The notes under the pieces were generated by a model that saw only the letters and a program-made list of their open reading frames with translations, made no database searches and had not been told where the DNA came from. 64,000 nucleotides of DNA from Tubulanus polymorphus (lineage: Eukaryota > Animalia > Nemertea): assembly GCF_964204645.1 (NCBI RefSeq), contig NC_134028.1, positions 5,022,001 through 5,086,000 on the forward strand, written 5' to 3'. A program made the translations under genes and the position numbers. Positions within the stretch are counted from its first letter, which is position 1. Each line of letters opens with the position of its first letter. Below, in pieces: positions 26,702 through 39,897 of the stretch.

Positions 26702-28526
26702 TTACTTGTATTCGTGATCACCTAATTGTGATTGTGATTTGTAAAGAGTGATGCCCGCTTTAGGACAGTCTTTCACGTTGAAGTAGACGAGTTTGGTCAG
26801 CATGGAAGTGATGGCTGGAATCTGTTTCATGCCGTCTGTCCACTTACGATCGGTGCACGACTTGAATTCGTAAGCGACAATGCGGTTTACGTAGATCATC
26901 ATGTGCATCAGCTCCATAGTAGTTCCGACCTCTTTCAACACGCGACAGATTGCTTGAATGAACCACGATCCGTCTACGTTGTTTCTCCATGAGAAATGAC
27001 CTACACAGAAGAAAGTACACTCTCTCATAGAACTCATACGCTTACAGTACAAACATAATGTATTAAGCATCAACTGTGACTTAAGAATCGAGCAAGCAGC
27101 CTGCTCTTGACAGCTAATATGAAATCATGTGAATAAAATTAGATAAAATGCCACCCAAATAAGAATATGAGGTGAAATATGCACATTGTTTGGACTCGAT
27201 ACGATGTACAGTTCAGCAAAGGTTTTATCCATTCTAAACTTACCAGGAACAACGGAGTAAGCCATGAGAAAGTCGGCTTCTGTTGGAATAGTTTGAATTT
27301 TGACGTCAGGAGCCGCATCGGTTTGATCGACTTCAACGGAATGCATGAATTTAGTCCCTCGACAAGCCTACAGGAAACAACGCAGAATATTTTAACTGAA
27401 AATGACACATCTTGGGCCAAACGTCAGTGAGGCCAAATTTTAAATAGGACTATAGGCCTATGCATAAGCACAGGATTGCATTCACAAATTGAGTTGAAAA
27501 AAAACTTACAGAGGCAATTTTCAGAATTTAAGCGAGGGGATTGGGGGGAAGGGTATTTATGGGCCTGTAGGAACCCTGTTTACATAGTATATTTACCTGA
27601 ATGAAAAAAAGTTTAGGTTTGCCGACTAGGGAAGCGCATCTATCACCTTTAAATGGAGCGACTAGTGTTTCGATTGAAAGTGATCCATCGACTCCATAAA
27701 CCCGGCCTTCGATTCCGTGACTGAGAATCACGCAAACGAAGCAATCAGAATCAGTGTGGTCATCGGCACCAACTGAAAATGTTTACAGTCATTGAGAATA
27801 AAATGAGAAAGTTTCTCCCAAATACCGCTCAGTATTCCTGAAGACGACTGATCAAATGAACTATTAGCCAAGGAAATATTTCTGACTTTATTTTTCATTA
27901 TAAGTGTTATAACTAGATTCTCCCATTGTTAAATCAGGGGCTATCAGGGCTTGAAGGTACAACTCCAAAAGGACGACTGCACTTAAGGGAGGGGATTTTT
28001 TTACACTATGATACATTTATCTATCTATTTATTGTAGTGACACTATGTACCACTATGCAAAAGGAATAACATATTATTTGGGCGAACCCCCTAAAACCCT
28101 CACTCTAACTTACATTTTCTCATTAGTTTATGCATCTCGGCCATCAACAGATCGTCGTATCTGTGAACTTCGAAGCCGAGATCGACGAGTGTATTAGCGA
28201 TATTAACAGCATCGATATCCGTTCCGTCGCGCGTGAGCTGTTTCGTACTTTCGTAGAAATATTTCTGATTGATAACTACGGCTACCCCTCGATTCTTCTC
28301 GTTGAAATTATAACATAACGTCGCCGCTGCCTGCTGGTCTGAAAAATGTCAATAATAGCAATGAAAAAGCCTTACTTACAGAATTTCGTCAATGCAAAAT
28401 AATTATCAATATTAGGGCCCTAAACGATTGATCAATGACAAACTTATCAGGACTACCAGCAACTATCCAATACAGAAACAGAAATAAATCGAAATTTGAA
28501 TTTAATTTGGTAAAATTACCTGTCAT
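26702..28526 (-). CDS. Effector caspase (caspase-3/7-like), 5 exons, 276 aa
   Basis: Exons 28526-28520, 28338-28114, 27772-27597, 27367-27244, 27000-26702 (831 nt, in frame). [15 protein letters not shown], catalytic [13 protein letters not shown]|[37 protein letters not shown]. Confidence 0.93.
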
Positions 28527-29140
28527 GTTTACGTTTTTCGTTTTGTTTTAATGACAACAATCTGTCTTTTTGAGAATCCTCCTAGGGTTTTGTGTAGTAG
28601 TATATTTAAGGTGAAGCTGACTTCGGCCCCAACTGTGCTGGACCCAGTGAGCAGTGAACTGTGCGTAGTGATAGTGGTTTTACTTTTCGACTATTTACTG
28701 CAGTTGTTTTCTGGATGATGTCATTTAACCCGTACACCAGCGCAATTCCAGGTGGCGCTACAAGCGACAAATTCAATTCAGACTGTCTTTATTGCTCATT
28801 TTTAAAATACAACAATTCGGATAAGACAAAAATTGCAATAAAGATCACACTAAATGTAAAGAGAGACAAAAAATATTTACAATATCTACAGTATGATTCA
28901 AGCACTTGTTGTTCGACCATCAATCAATCAATCATTCAACCAATCAATCAATAATAACTTCATTAATCTTTGACTTGTAGTGTTACGCAAACTCATATAC
29001 ACAACAAAAAAGTCGACAAATGTTTTACAAAATGACAAAGCACGATACTAAGCTTAGACTGAGTAAATAAATCTATATTGTATTGTTTTGGATGTTGACC
29101 TACATAACGAACCCGGAAGTGACTCGGTAGTTGGGGTAAG
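28527..29140. promoter_or_regulatory. Putative divergent promoter region caspase / epsin
   Basis: Head-to-head arrangement; ETS motif CCGGAAGT at ~29113 followed by donor GTAAG at ~29136 (probable non-coding epsin exon). Confidence 0.45.
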
Positions 29141-29637
29141 CCGTCGTCGCCGCCATATTCATAGTGATTGCGTGAATTTGACAGTCAGTGGCTACAGTAC
29201 TGGTTTTCCCTCTACGAGCGCCGATAAATTGCTAATCTCTTGGGACTTTGAAGTGAGTTTTTGTAGTATGAAAAATTTATTTCAATGATTGGGTGATTGA
29301 ATAAGCACTTTTACTCAATTCAAAAAAGTAACTTGCACAAATTTTTACACAGTTTTTACAGCAGACTGACTGACAGTCGAGTCACCGTTGACCCACCTAA
29401 TTCAGATGATGATTCAGTCTTTATTCCAACTAAACGGAATATGAAAATTATAGTAGGCGTTTTGTCATTAAAAGCTAGCAACAATGATATTGTTATTGAG
29501 TCAGTATTTTATCTCGGTTTATTGTTTTTTCTACTTTCAGCGCGGCGTTCAAATGGATTGTTAAATTCGGTTATATACGCCTAGTTGACTCGGTTTCTTG
29601 GTGTTAGTTCGTTTGAATAGAGAATAAACCATCGATC

Positions 29638-32600
29638 ATGGCGATGCCAATAAGACGCACGATAAAAAACGTCGTGAAAAACTACACGGACGCGCAGGTT
29701 AAAGTTCGCGAGGCGACGTCGAACGACCCGTGGGGGCCGTCGAGTACGCTGATGTCCGATATCGGCGACATGACGTACAACGTGATGGCGTTCACCGAAA
29801 TCATGCAGATGATTTGGAAGCGTTTGAACGATCACGGCAAAAACTGGCGGCACGTTTACAAGTCGCTCGTGCTGCTCGAGTACATCCTGAAAACGGGCAG
29901 CGAGAAAGTGGCGCAGCAGTGCAAGGAGAACATATTCGCGATACAGACGTTGAAAGATTTTCAATACGTCGAGGATAACAAGGATCAGGGCGTGAACGTG
30001 CGCGAAAAAGCTAAACAATTAGTCGGATTATTGAAAGACGAAGAGCGGCTGAAAAACGAACGCGCGAAAGCGATGAAGGCGAAAGAGAGATTCGCGCAGA
30101 GTTCAACGGGTATAAGCAGTACGGGGCAATCGGTACGTATCTACTAACTGTCAATGTTTGGAGCTTGAATAGGCTTTCAATTTTTCGGTGCTTGTCCTTG
30201 TTTTAGTGTCCTATCTCGCGACCAATTTTTTCTCTAATATGATGACCAACAGAATTCTGCTTAAGTCGGCCAGCTATTAATTGCAATTGTCCTATCAGAA
30301 AATCTTTTTCAGTTTAAGCAAATTGGTTGAGTCCAATGCCCTGCTGTACAAAATAGCCTAGAGCCGCCGACTGTTCCTGATTTTCAGTATTTTGTCTCTA
30401 GAAATATTGTGATGTGTACTGAAATATGAAAGATGTTACTGAGCGCGTTGCTTTCATATTTCAGCGAAACAGCACAGAACAGAGTCATTTAGTCATTAGT
30501 TCTAATTTTTGCCTAGGGCGAATTTATAGCAGCTCAAACAGATTGATATCAATTGACTGTTTGCTTAATGATTAGGCTCGATTTCATCTTGAAAATGAAA
30601 TAACAACTTAACTTTTCATCGCAATATCTCATACGTAGTTTGAACGGATTTTTTGCAGAAGCTAAAATTTGCGAAAAAAATAAAAGTGCCCGGAGTGAGT
30701 TTTCATCGCAAAAATTGAAACGTCGAAATATAACATTTTTGTTCATTGTTTTAATTAGTTAATTGTTCATTGTGCTGTGCGTTGAAAACCATTACTTATA
30801 ATTAACCTAATTAACGACTATGTACTAATTGGTTCTTCGTCACCTCATTTGCTGTTAGTTATGATTGAAGAGGTGATGATTTAAACTGCTGGACCAGAAA
30901 TAAATATCCTGATATTATTTGTCATTTTGTTGTTGCCCTTGTTCATATCGACTTAATAGGCCTATCGAAAATATTGATTGATATAATATCAAACATTATT
31001 ACTGCTTTGAAACGGGCCTAAAAATTGTCCATTTCACCTCAGATTCTCAAATTCATTTAGAGAGCTCAAATTTATTTGAGATCTATTCAATTCTGATAAT
31101 AAATATGAAGTGTAATATAATGGATTTGTAGGAAGAGGGTGATGGTGGTGCCTGGGTGAGTTATAGTTTTATAACTACGAAATTACTCTCGGTCATAGTT
31201 TTGCATTAGGTAGCAACGTTCATTTGTTCCGATGGAAAAATGTTATGTTTCAATTATAGAGGTTATGCAATGTTATTTCGTTTGGATCAAAGATCGAGAA
31301 CAGTAAGAATTTACCTATTGAATAAAAGTACCGGTGGTACGTAATTTCACTAATCCAATCGAAGGGATTTATTTAACGTTGCTTTCTAAGACTGTAGAGG
31401 GCTTGGTTTACACTAAAGATTACGAATTAGCGAAGCATCCCTCTTGCAGGATTTTTAGCCCATAAGTTTGGCTTCAGTAAAAAACCCTGCCCTAAGATAT
31501 AGGCCTAGCACCATTAGAAAAATATGTGCGTATGCTTTCGAATTCATTCCGATGAGATGGGATTTCTGGCATTGTAGTTGTCTGGCTCAAATCCTTGCAA
31601 GAAAGGTGCTTACATCGTTTAACCGAGTTCAGGTGGTTTAAACTATGGCCGAGTGTAAAATGTATATATTAATGAATCAAGTGTTTCTACTATCATCGAT
31701 ATTGTGATTATTTTATAGCCTATATGATAGATATGTGAATATTTCTATATATGGAGTTGTGGTTTGTAGACATGGATTTTTACTTAATCTATGTTTCGAA
31801 GTAGAAAGCCTAGATTACGAAAGACTAGGCGCAATACTTTCAGTTTTCTTAGAAAATTTGTGTAAGAAATTTCCTAGATCAAAGAAGTTAAAGATTTTCA
31901 CGATATTTGGCAGTCATAAATGGAACCTGTTTTCAAGGCCTAGGCCTAGATATATTTGTAACTGAAGGAAACTTTTGTGCGTACAGAAACATTCATTGCG
32001 ATCTTCTAAACACAATGAATGATAAAAATATATTCTTAATTGAAAAGCTAGCCAAAAGGACAAAATGTATTTGTTAGTCGTCATTATTTACAGTAAGATA
32101 TAGAATCATATTTTTGTTACAATGTATATATCGTAGTTAATAGAAGTGTTAGCTTCAGGTAAAATTTGAATCTTAGGAGCGTGCGATGATGGCCAGACAG
32201 ATTGCGCCGCTTGAACTAAAGAATGTTCTTGCAGCGTATAAATTACCGGATTTTTTATCTGATTGTTGAAATAGCATGCGTCGTAATCATTTATTATTAT
32301 TTAGTTATATATCGTATGATATTACATATCTGTATGAAACAGTTACATATACATCCTTTGGGCATATCTATAAGTAAATTATTGCATACGGAAAAAGAAG
32401 AAAAATTGTCTGGTCATTTTTGTTAAACGAATTTGTTTGTATTTTCAGTTTGGTCGTGGTTCTGGCACGTCTGCGCCTACACTCAGCTCTGGCGCTGGAG
32501 GTTACTCAGATCCGTACGGTGGCGCCACCGGAGATTTATCAGGTGATGATAGGCCTAATGATCTCTCACGAATGGCTTATGTTTAAGATGATTGGTATCT

Positions 32601-35600
32601 CCTACAAACCCTCCACACCTGCCAGGAACGAAGTCAGGTTTTAAAAGTACAGAATTGGAAATTTTGAGTTCGTGTTAACAATCTTCCATCCGGCCTGAAC
32701 CAGCAAGCGACTAATTGGGGTTAATTTTTTTGGCTGTCTGATTTTATACATCAAGACCCAGTTCTGCTGCAGTTGTTAGATTCAACTCTACTTCCAAAAT
32801 TGATTTTGTCTCTAAACTATGGCATTGACTGCTGAAGCTGTAGATAATAAATGAATGATTAATTTTTGTATGTAGGTCGTCGTACGTCTGTTGAGTTGGA
32901 ACAAGCGCGGCCGTCGACGGTCGGAGAAGAGGAGCTACAGTTACAGCTGGCTTTAGCGATCAGTAAAGAAGAAGCTGATCAGGATCAAAAGAAGAAGCGT
33001 AACGATGACGTTCGATTTCAGATGGCTGTGGAAGAGAGTAAGAAAATGACTCCCGGTAATACGCCCAGCGGCAATGACGATGGGGTAAGGATTTGTTCAT
33101 ATCCTGCACAGTCGGGCTGTAGCTATGTCCGTGTACATGCACTATGAACTGAAAGTGATCAGTTTTACAGCTGTATTCCTCAGATCATCACCAGTCGGTA
33201 AATAACCCAGCAAGTATTACAAAGACACCTTCGTACTGCAATGTGGTTCAGGACTATTTGCTGAGTTATCGATATTAACAAGAACTGATTGTTTGAATGG
33301 AATCTTATCAATACTCTTATTTATTTCGGATCATTCAATGTTCGCAATTTCTATGAATGAAATTTACTCTGATATCAAATTTACTTAAAAACTAAATTCC
33401 TGAAATGTTTTTTTTGTTGAGTTTTTTCCCGAATTGATAAGAGCATATCAATCGAATGTTAAACGGCAATATTCAAATAATTTTTGACCGCATAATGTGT
33501 AAATACACTTGTACTGATAAACACTTTTTCAAAGCTGTTAATGCACTTAGTGGTCTTATGGTTAAAACATTGAACTGTCATCCGGGTTTTGATCGGACCT
33601 TTTGTGTGCGCTTTTCATCGATGTTAGAGTAGTTGTAAGAGGTTTTTGTAAAGGTTGTTTGAGGCTGAATGAGTTAGGAACAAAACACAAATCTACATTA
33701 GGAAATATCTACTTCAAATGAAACTTCACGGATACTGAAACCAGGAAAACACTTGTATTCATTCATCCACTTAAATTTGCATGTTCTGGTTCGGTCTCAT
33801 TTGGGCACGTTAATCCACATCTACAAAAATATTCCGTTCAATAATCGACACTCCGTCTCATAACAGAATTCAAGGAAAAAAACAAAGAAAAAAGTAAGAA
33901 TTGAAATTTTTGCTTGTTGATGCATTTAGTTCCTTTAATTTACTTTTTGTTTAATTTTCATTCTACTATTTATTTAGGTCGATTCACTAAAAAGTGATAT
34001 TATTTTGTTTATTAGTCTTTTCGTTATCGGCGCCTGGCGGATTGCTAGATTTTAATATTCTATTTTAGTTGGATTAATAGGTCCTTTTAGAGCCTCTTAT
34101 GAATTTCTTTGGAGTTTTCTTCTTTTTTTTATTTCAAGTTCATTCAAATTATTTGGGTTAATAGCTTTTTCGAGTAACCTAAATTCTCTTCTGTGAAATT
34201 TTTTTGTCCTCGAACAAAAATTTCTCGGAAATTTATTGTTAATTTCCCGTCTAAATGTTTCACATTTGAAATTACAATCATCCACAAATATACACGGCGA
34301 TACTGTAATACTTGCTTTAATCTGTCTCTGCATACATCTTTCATTATATCAGAAGACAACATCCATTTTACAAAGCACCCATCAAATACATGGGTCTTAA
34401 AGCTCTCTTAGAGTTTCTGGGTTATGCATGGTAGGAATATGTAGATACTTAGCTACTTTTTTTCAAGCTGATTATGTATTGTTTTCAGGTACGACCACCG
34501 CCCAGTCATAAAGTAAGCCGCGAAGTTATCTTGTTTATTGTTTATAATAACATTTACTTAAAACGCTTTCGAAAATTAACAGCGCATGCGTGCCTGAACT
34601 AATTGTTCCCCGTTGAAAAGGATATCTATGACTATTTTAACAAACCCACCCCGCTGTTGCTTATACTTGGTAAATCAAGATCTGAAGTTGAAGAAAGATT
34701 TTATCAATTAAATGAACTAATCATCGCCCGGTATTGCTGTTAAACCTTGCTCGATCCTGTTACTCTCTGTTTCCGTTCTCATCTGCTCTTAAAGATTTTC
34801 AATCAGAATTATTCTCCTCGTTGAATACTGTGTGTTTGATCTGAATGTGAATCATTAATCATTGTCCTAGTCTCATTCAACGCTACTCAGTCATTATCCC
34901 ATTAAAATTTACCTGTCACGCTAATTTCATCTTAACTATTAGAAAATTTGCTTCGATGCTACGTCTTACTCTTGTCTTCTCATTTTAGCCTACATTAGTA
35001 GACATACTTGACGCGTCGGCTAAGACCGCCGCTGAGCCCGTGCAAAACGATCCATGGGCCGCCCCGACTAGTAAACCACAGAGTGATCCGTGGGCGCCGG
35101 TACCAGCCGCAGCGAATGACCCGTGGGGTCCACCGCCTAGTATTCCTCCCAGACCGGCTGACCCGTGGGCTCCGTCTAACGACATAATGTTTAACAACTC
35201 ATTACCGGGTAAATATAAGCCGAATGTTTACGTTTATTCGGCGGAACGATTTTTGTTACTGTTTATATTTTCAAATTTCAGTGCAGAACGATGTGTGGAG
35301 CATTCCTGCGACTCAAACTCAGACTTCTAGATCTGCCCAATCGTCACCGTGGGAACCGCTTCAGCAGCAGACGGCGACGTCGAATTCGGCGTCAGCATCG
35401 CTGGATGCGTTCGGAGATCTAGCAGCGCCGTCTCAGTCGCAAGATGAGTTCGCTGTCCTGAGTTCACGGACCGCGCCTTTAACGACGGGACCGTCTAAAA
35501 GTAACAGTTTCGACGTTCTAAACATAATAAACGGTTTGTGTTTTTTCGACCGAAATTATTCGAACTCAATCGAGATAAAACAATTTTAACTCACAATAGA

Positions 35601-37774
35601 TGTTATTAATTTCATATCATCAGGTTCCGGTGAGAGTCCGCAGCATGATCCGTTTATGTTATCTGACATGGCCGGTTCATTACCGGATGATAAAAAGAAA
35701 ACACCGGCGGATTTCCTCGGCGCAAATTCCAACCTGGTGAACCTCGACAATCTTGTCTGTCGACCTACTCCTCCTGCTGCAGGTACGCTTACTAACACAA
35801 AGTTATATTGATTACTTTCGAAAATAAAGATCCAACTTGGTCAGCAAAGTGTTGTAAATCCTCCCTCAGCGGGGATTCAAACCTGATGGCATCGAGACTG
35901 CCAAGGCACTAAACTTTGCCTGATTAGCCCGAATACGCAGAAACATGCGTAGCTTAGATGATGTCCCAGCCGAACAGAAATGGTCCAGGTTATTGCATTT
36001 ATAGCTAGCTAGCTATCTGAAGTTGTATCTTCAATTGTACATGATGCGTTCAAATGGTCGCCATAAGTTTTTGTGCGGCTAACCTTTGCACTCAGGCTAA
36101 TCCGAAAGGAATATTGGTGTTGTAGCCGAGACTGGCGATGTTATCACAATCCCCTGCCAAGATAGGACGAGCGTTATAAGACTGCATTCTCATTATACAA
36201 GCACTTTAGAATTACTTGATTTTACTTATTGTATCAATATGGCCCTTTGATTCGAGATGTTTTGATCATTCCGCAACTTTCTATACTGGTAGTAATAACG
36301 AGCTATAGGGATAATTTTTCGATCCAATTCCTTCCTGTATATTTACTGCACACTTCCTGGTATCTTTTTGTTCGATCTATGAGTTATAATTCAACTACCG
36401 GGCGGATGCGTTAGGAGTGGGCGGGGATCGGCATGATTTATACTTGTCGTGTATAATTCTGCACTGTGTTTTTGTGTGTACGTTCGTAGCATGTACATTG
36501 TTTAATGCACCTTGTTACAGAGTTATCAAAGATAACTGAAGTAGATTGGTCCGGAACGACCAATAATAACAAAGGTAAAAACCCCCGTTTATTTTTCAAA
36601 CTTCGTATTCGGATTCAACAGAGCTAACCAGTAAATAACACAACAATTCAAACTCGAAATTGATTCACGTAGTAGATATTCAGCGCTACTTTTATAGACA
36701 CAAATCTTGGCTTTCAAATCCACCTTTAACCTCATCAGTACGGCTGGATTCACCCCTTCAGACATTCACTATTGTGATAAGCGTAGGTCTCTATTTGACA
36801 ACGTTTGAATATCGAGTATATGGCAAAATTATACGGGGTGGCGCCACTTACCTGAAAATCAGGGAATTTTGTAAGAAAAAAAGGTAAAAATCAGGGAAAT
36901 TAGTTAGCTAGATCAATGTGTATGATCAAATAGTCCTGTATTATGAAAATTGGAAGAACGGTGATATAGTATGGAATGTCTGAAGGGATGAGCCCAGTCT
37001 GCAGATTAATACATCTACATTAGAATGTGTTCATCGATGTATTAACACATTTGTAATGCTTTGTTTGAATTGTGAGCACTTTTTTTTTTAGCTTTCGAGG
37101 CGTGGCTCGAGTGCTTTTTTAATTCGTCTTACATCCAATCAGTGATGATAGATATTAGTTTATCTATTTATTAATTCTTCAAATTAACAATGCTGAGTGT
37201 GATTTCTAACTAAAGATATTTGTCGAACGATATTAGATTCTAATAGATTCTACACGTACGTTTTTCATTTGCTGCATGCTAAAAGGCTGTTATTCACATA
37301 AATCTCGGTGTGTCGGCTAACTTTTTTTGAAGACATTTTTAATTCAAAGGAATAAGTTTGCTTTTCATGTGTATTTATCAACCTGGGCTCGGTTTTATAG
37401 ACTGGCATTACCTTTAACCCTGGGGCTAACGGGATTGATAGTGAATTGACTAAGCCCGCGGGTTAAAGGTGATGCCAGTCTATAAAACCGGCCCCTGGTC
37501 TGCGTAAAGCTGTTATTCGTGCCTTATTCTTATATCGTATATATTCCGTTCGATATTTCCAGGTACAACAAATCCGTTTGCTAGCTCGAATCCATTCAGT
37601 TCTCAACCTCAGCAGCGTATACCGATTAATCAGATTCCCAGCGCCGGTTTCACGGCTCCTAGTTCATCGCTGCCGCCACCTATAATTCCGAGTCCTTCGC
37701 AGGGCATGCAACCGATGATGACGACGACAACAACATCGAATCAACAGCAAGGGGGATACAATCCGTTTTTGTGA
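29638..37774 (+). CDS. EPN: Epsin (ENTH, 2 UIM, DPW, NPF; EPN1/2/3 / liquid facets-like)
   Basis: Exons 29638-30132 (ENTH: KVREATSNDPWGPS, HGKNWRHVYKSL), 32449-32542, 32876-33084 (UIM EEELQLQLALAISKEE), 34489-34512, 34989-35208 (four DPW), 35282-35500, 35624-35782 (FLGANSNLVNLDNL), 36521-36574, 37563-37774 (three NPF, ends YNPFL-stop). Confidence 0.95.
35861..35901 (-). repeat. Dispersed repeat core with B-box-like motif (SINE-like), copy 2
   Basis: Reverse complement GCAGTCTCGATGCCATCAGGTTTGAATCCCCGCTGAGGGAG matches 24616-24660. Confidence 0.5.
37386..37494. mobile_element. PIF/Harbinger-type palindromic MITE
   Basis: CGGTTTTATAGACTGGCATTACCTTTAACCC / GGGTTAAAGGTGATGCCAGTCTATAAAACCG arms; CTG duplicated at 37383-37385 and 37495-37497. 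Confidence 0.8.
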
Positions 37775-39003
37775 GAACAAGTTCCTCGCAACGATGTCGT
37801 AGCGTAAACAATTACTATATTATGATATATAGAGTTCAGTGATATATTGATATTTGTGTTGAAATATTTCTCCGTGTGTGCAGATTTACTGAAAAATTCT
37901 GGATATAAGTAACACTTGCTTTTCTGGCGGCATTGGATGCATAAGAATTCACCGTTTATTCATTTGAAGTCTATCGATGTAGATTGTACGATACATTTTG
38001 CCGTGGTGGAAAAACTCGAAAGACGAAAAACATACATAATATTGTTTAGTTCAGAAACGTGGTCGCGTCGCGTTCATTGATTCATAGAGAAGTCACTTTT
38101 TTATTAGTTTGATCTGTTAAGCTAAATAAATAGATTAATGTGATAATGTACATGATTGTCTCTGTGGTTGTAGTGACATCCTCTCAAAGTGATTTAGTGG
38201 AAAATTCTGGAGATTTTGAAAAGTGTCATACGCTGATTCGGATACATTGTACCAAACAGTCAATGTATGATGGGTTGATTGAGCAACATTTATACTCCTG
38301 TAGATAAGGTTTACTCGTATTTGCCTATATTATTTTGATGGTAATATCTCGCAGTAGAACCCATTCCCAGGACAATATGAAACTGTTTTTGATGTATATC
38401 GCTCGGTACATGATTGGAATGATGCTGAATACATGAACTGCAAGTAGTGAAGAACAAATCAAGCTTATGATGTAATTTTTCATATGGCTTAGACATGAGT
38501 CATGAGCATGTACATGCAGTATAGAAGATGTATGTTGGCTTTTTAACCAGACGGGTAAATTGTTCGCAGGTAAAAAGCTGAGCTTTGTTTCATTGGTATT
38601 GACGAACATCACTTGAGTGGTGCTAGCTAGAAATTACTTACTTAAAAACTATTTCAGAGTATTTGTATGTTTTTCAATTTTATTTACTCTAACCTCATTC
38701 AGTTTGTTAACTTAAAAATATTTTAATCAGTCGGGTGTTCCTTGCCAATTAGTGGGTAACTGTGAAAGTGATAATTGATTGTGAGCCTGTTATTTAAACG
38801 AGATTAGTGGAGAATATCTCATACTCGTTCAGCAATTTTACTTGGCTAAAAATGTCTTGCGCAGTTTTTTAGGATGATCTGTTAGTACACCATGACAATA
38901 TCAAACTCATGAATATTAGTACATTGTGGCCTGTGTAGTTATTACCGCTACTTACATCTATAATCCATCATGACATCATCATATGTATTGGATGTGTATC
39001 CTG

Positions 39004-39090
39004 GGCCCGGGGACATAGTTGTGGCTTAACTATTTTGTTAGATTGATTTAGACCGGTTCTAAATTTAAGCCTAAACTGTGCAGCTGACCT
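39004..39090. mobile_element. Degenerate Harbinger-type MITE in the probable epsin 3' UTR
   Basis: GGCCC...CATAGTTGTGGCTTAA / TTAAGCCTAAACTGTGCAGCTGACC, CTG on both flanks; same end as ~10760-10790 and ~63765-63793. Confidence 0.55.
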
Positions 39091-39865
39091 CTGGACTGAG
39101 TTTATATAGTAAATTTCTAAATTGAATACTGTAACAGTACTAACAAATCTATATACATGGTCATTCGTCCCTGATAACCGATAACCGGCAACCAAGGCAT
39201 ATTATTTTAGATTTCTGATACTGAATATATAAGGAAACTACTATCAGCCTGATAAGCTAACGTGTTTTAAAAAACTAACCCTCTGTTATATACGAGGCCC
39301 TATTTTGTTATCCGAAACTACCCTTGATGTAAACTCCCGTATAGTAACTGTCGAAACATGTACATTACTGTAAAGATATTTTATGCACTTATTGAACTGC
39401 TATATTCATTGCATAATGGGGAAAAAGTTATTTTCTTCATAGTCAAAGAATCTCTTTGTTGCTTCGATATGTATATTTAAACATGTATTTGTCGCGGATG
39501 ATGAATGACGTCATATTTACCCGCTTGGTATATTCATTGGTGAAATATTAATCATTTCTGGACTTCACTTGAAGAAAAATTTGTAATCACTGCTTGAACC
39601 CTGTAACTACGGACTTCACGGGACCAGGGTTCGTTACGAGCTGATAGTTTAAGTTACATCCAGTTTGAAATTAACCATATTTATCCGAGTTCATTTTCAA
39701 TGTCGGGAGAATATTTTCTTTCTACAGCACTCAGTGATGTAATATCAATGATGTGCTGCTCCCCTTGTATCTGCCCTGCAACAAATTTGTAACTTGAAAA
39801 TGCTTTTTGAGCGGCCATTAGTTGTGTTGTAGGTCTATGTGACGATTAAATGTGTGTGAGTCAAT

Positions 39866-39897
39866 GTATGTATATATCCGTATATATATATATATAA
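39866..39897. repeat. Interrupted (TA)n microsatellite
   Basis: TATGTATATATCCGTATATATATATATATAAT. Confidence 0.7.

Noticed and set aside
29581-30018. 145-aa antisense ORF over epsin ENTH
   Set aside because: Expected shadow frame of a GC3-rich exon.
36704-36742. Second CUGAUGA...GAAA on the minus strand
   Set aside because: No convincing stem II, stem III or cleavage triplet.
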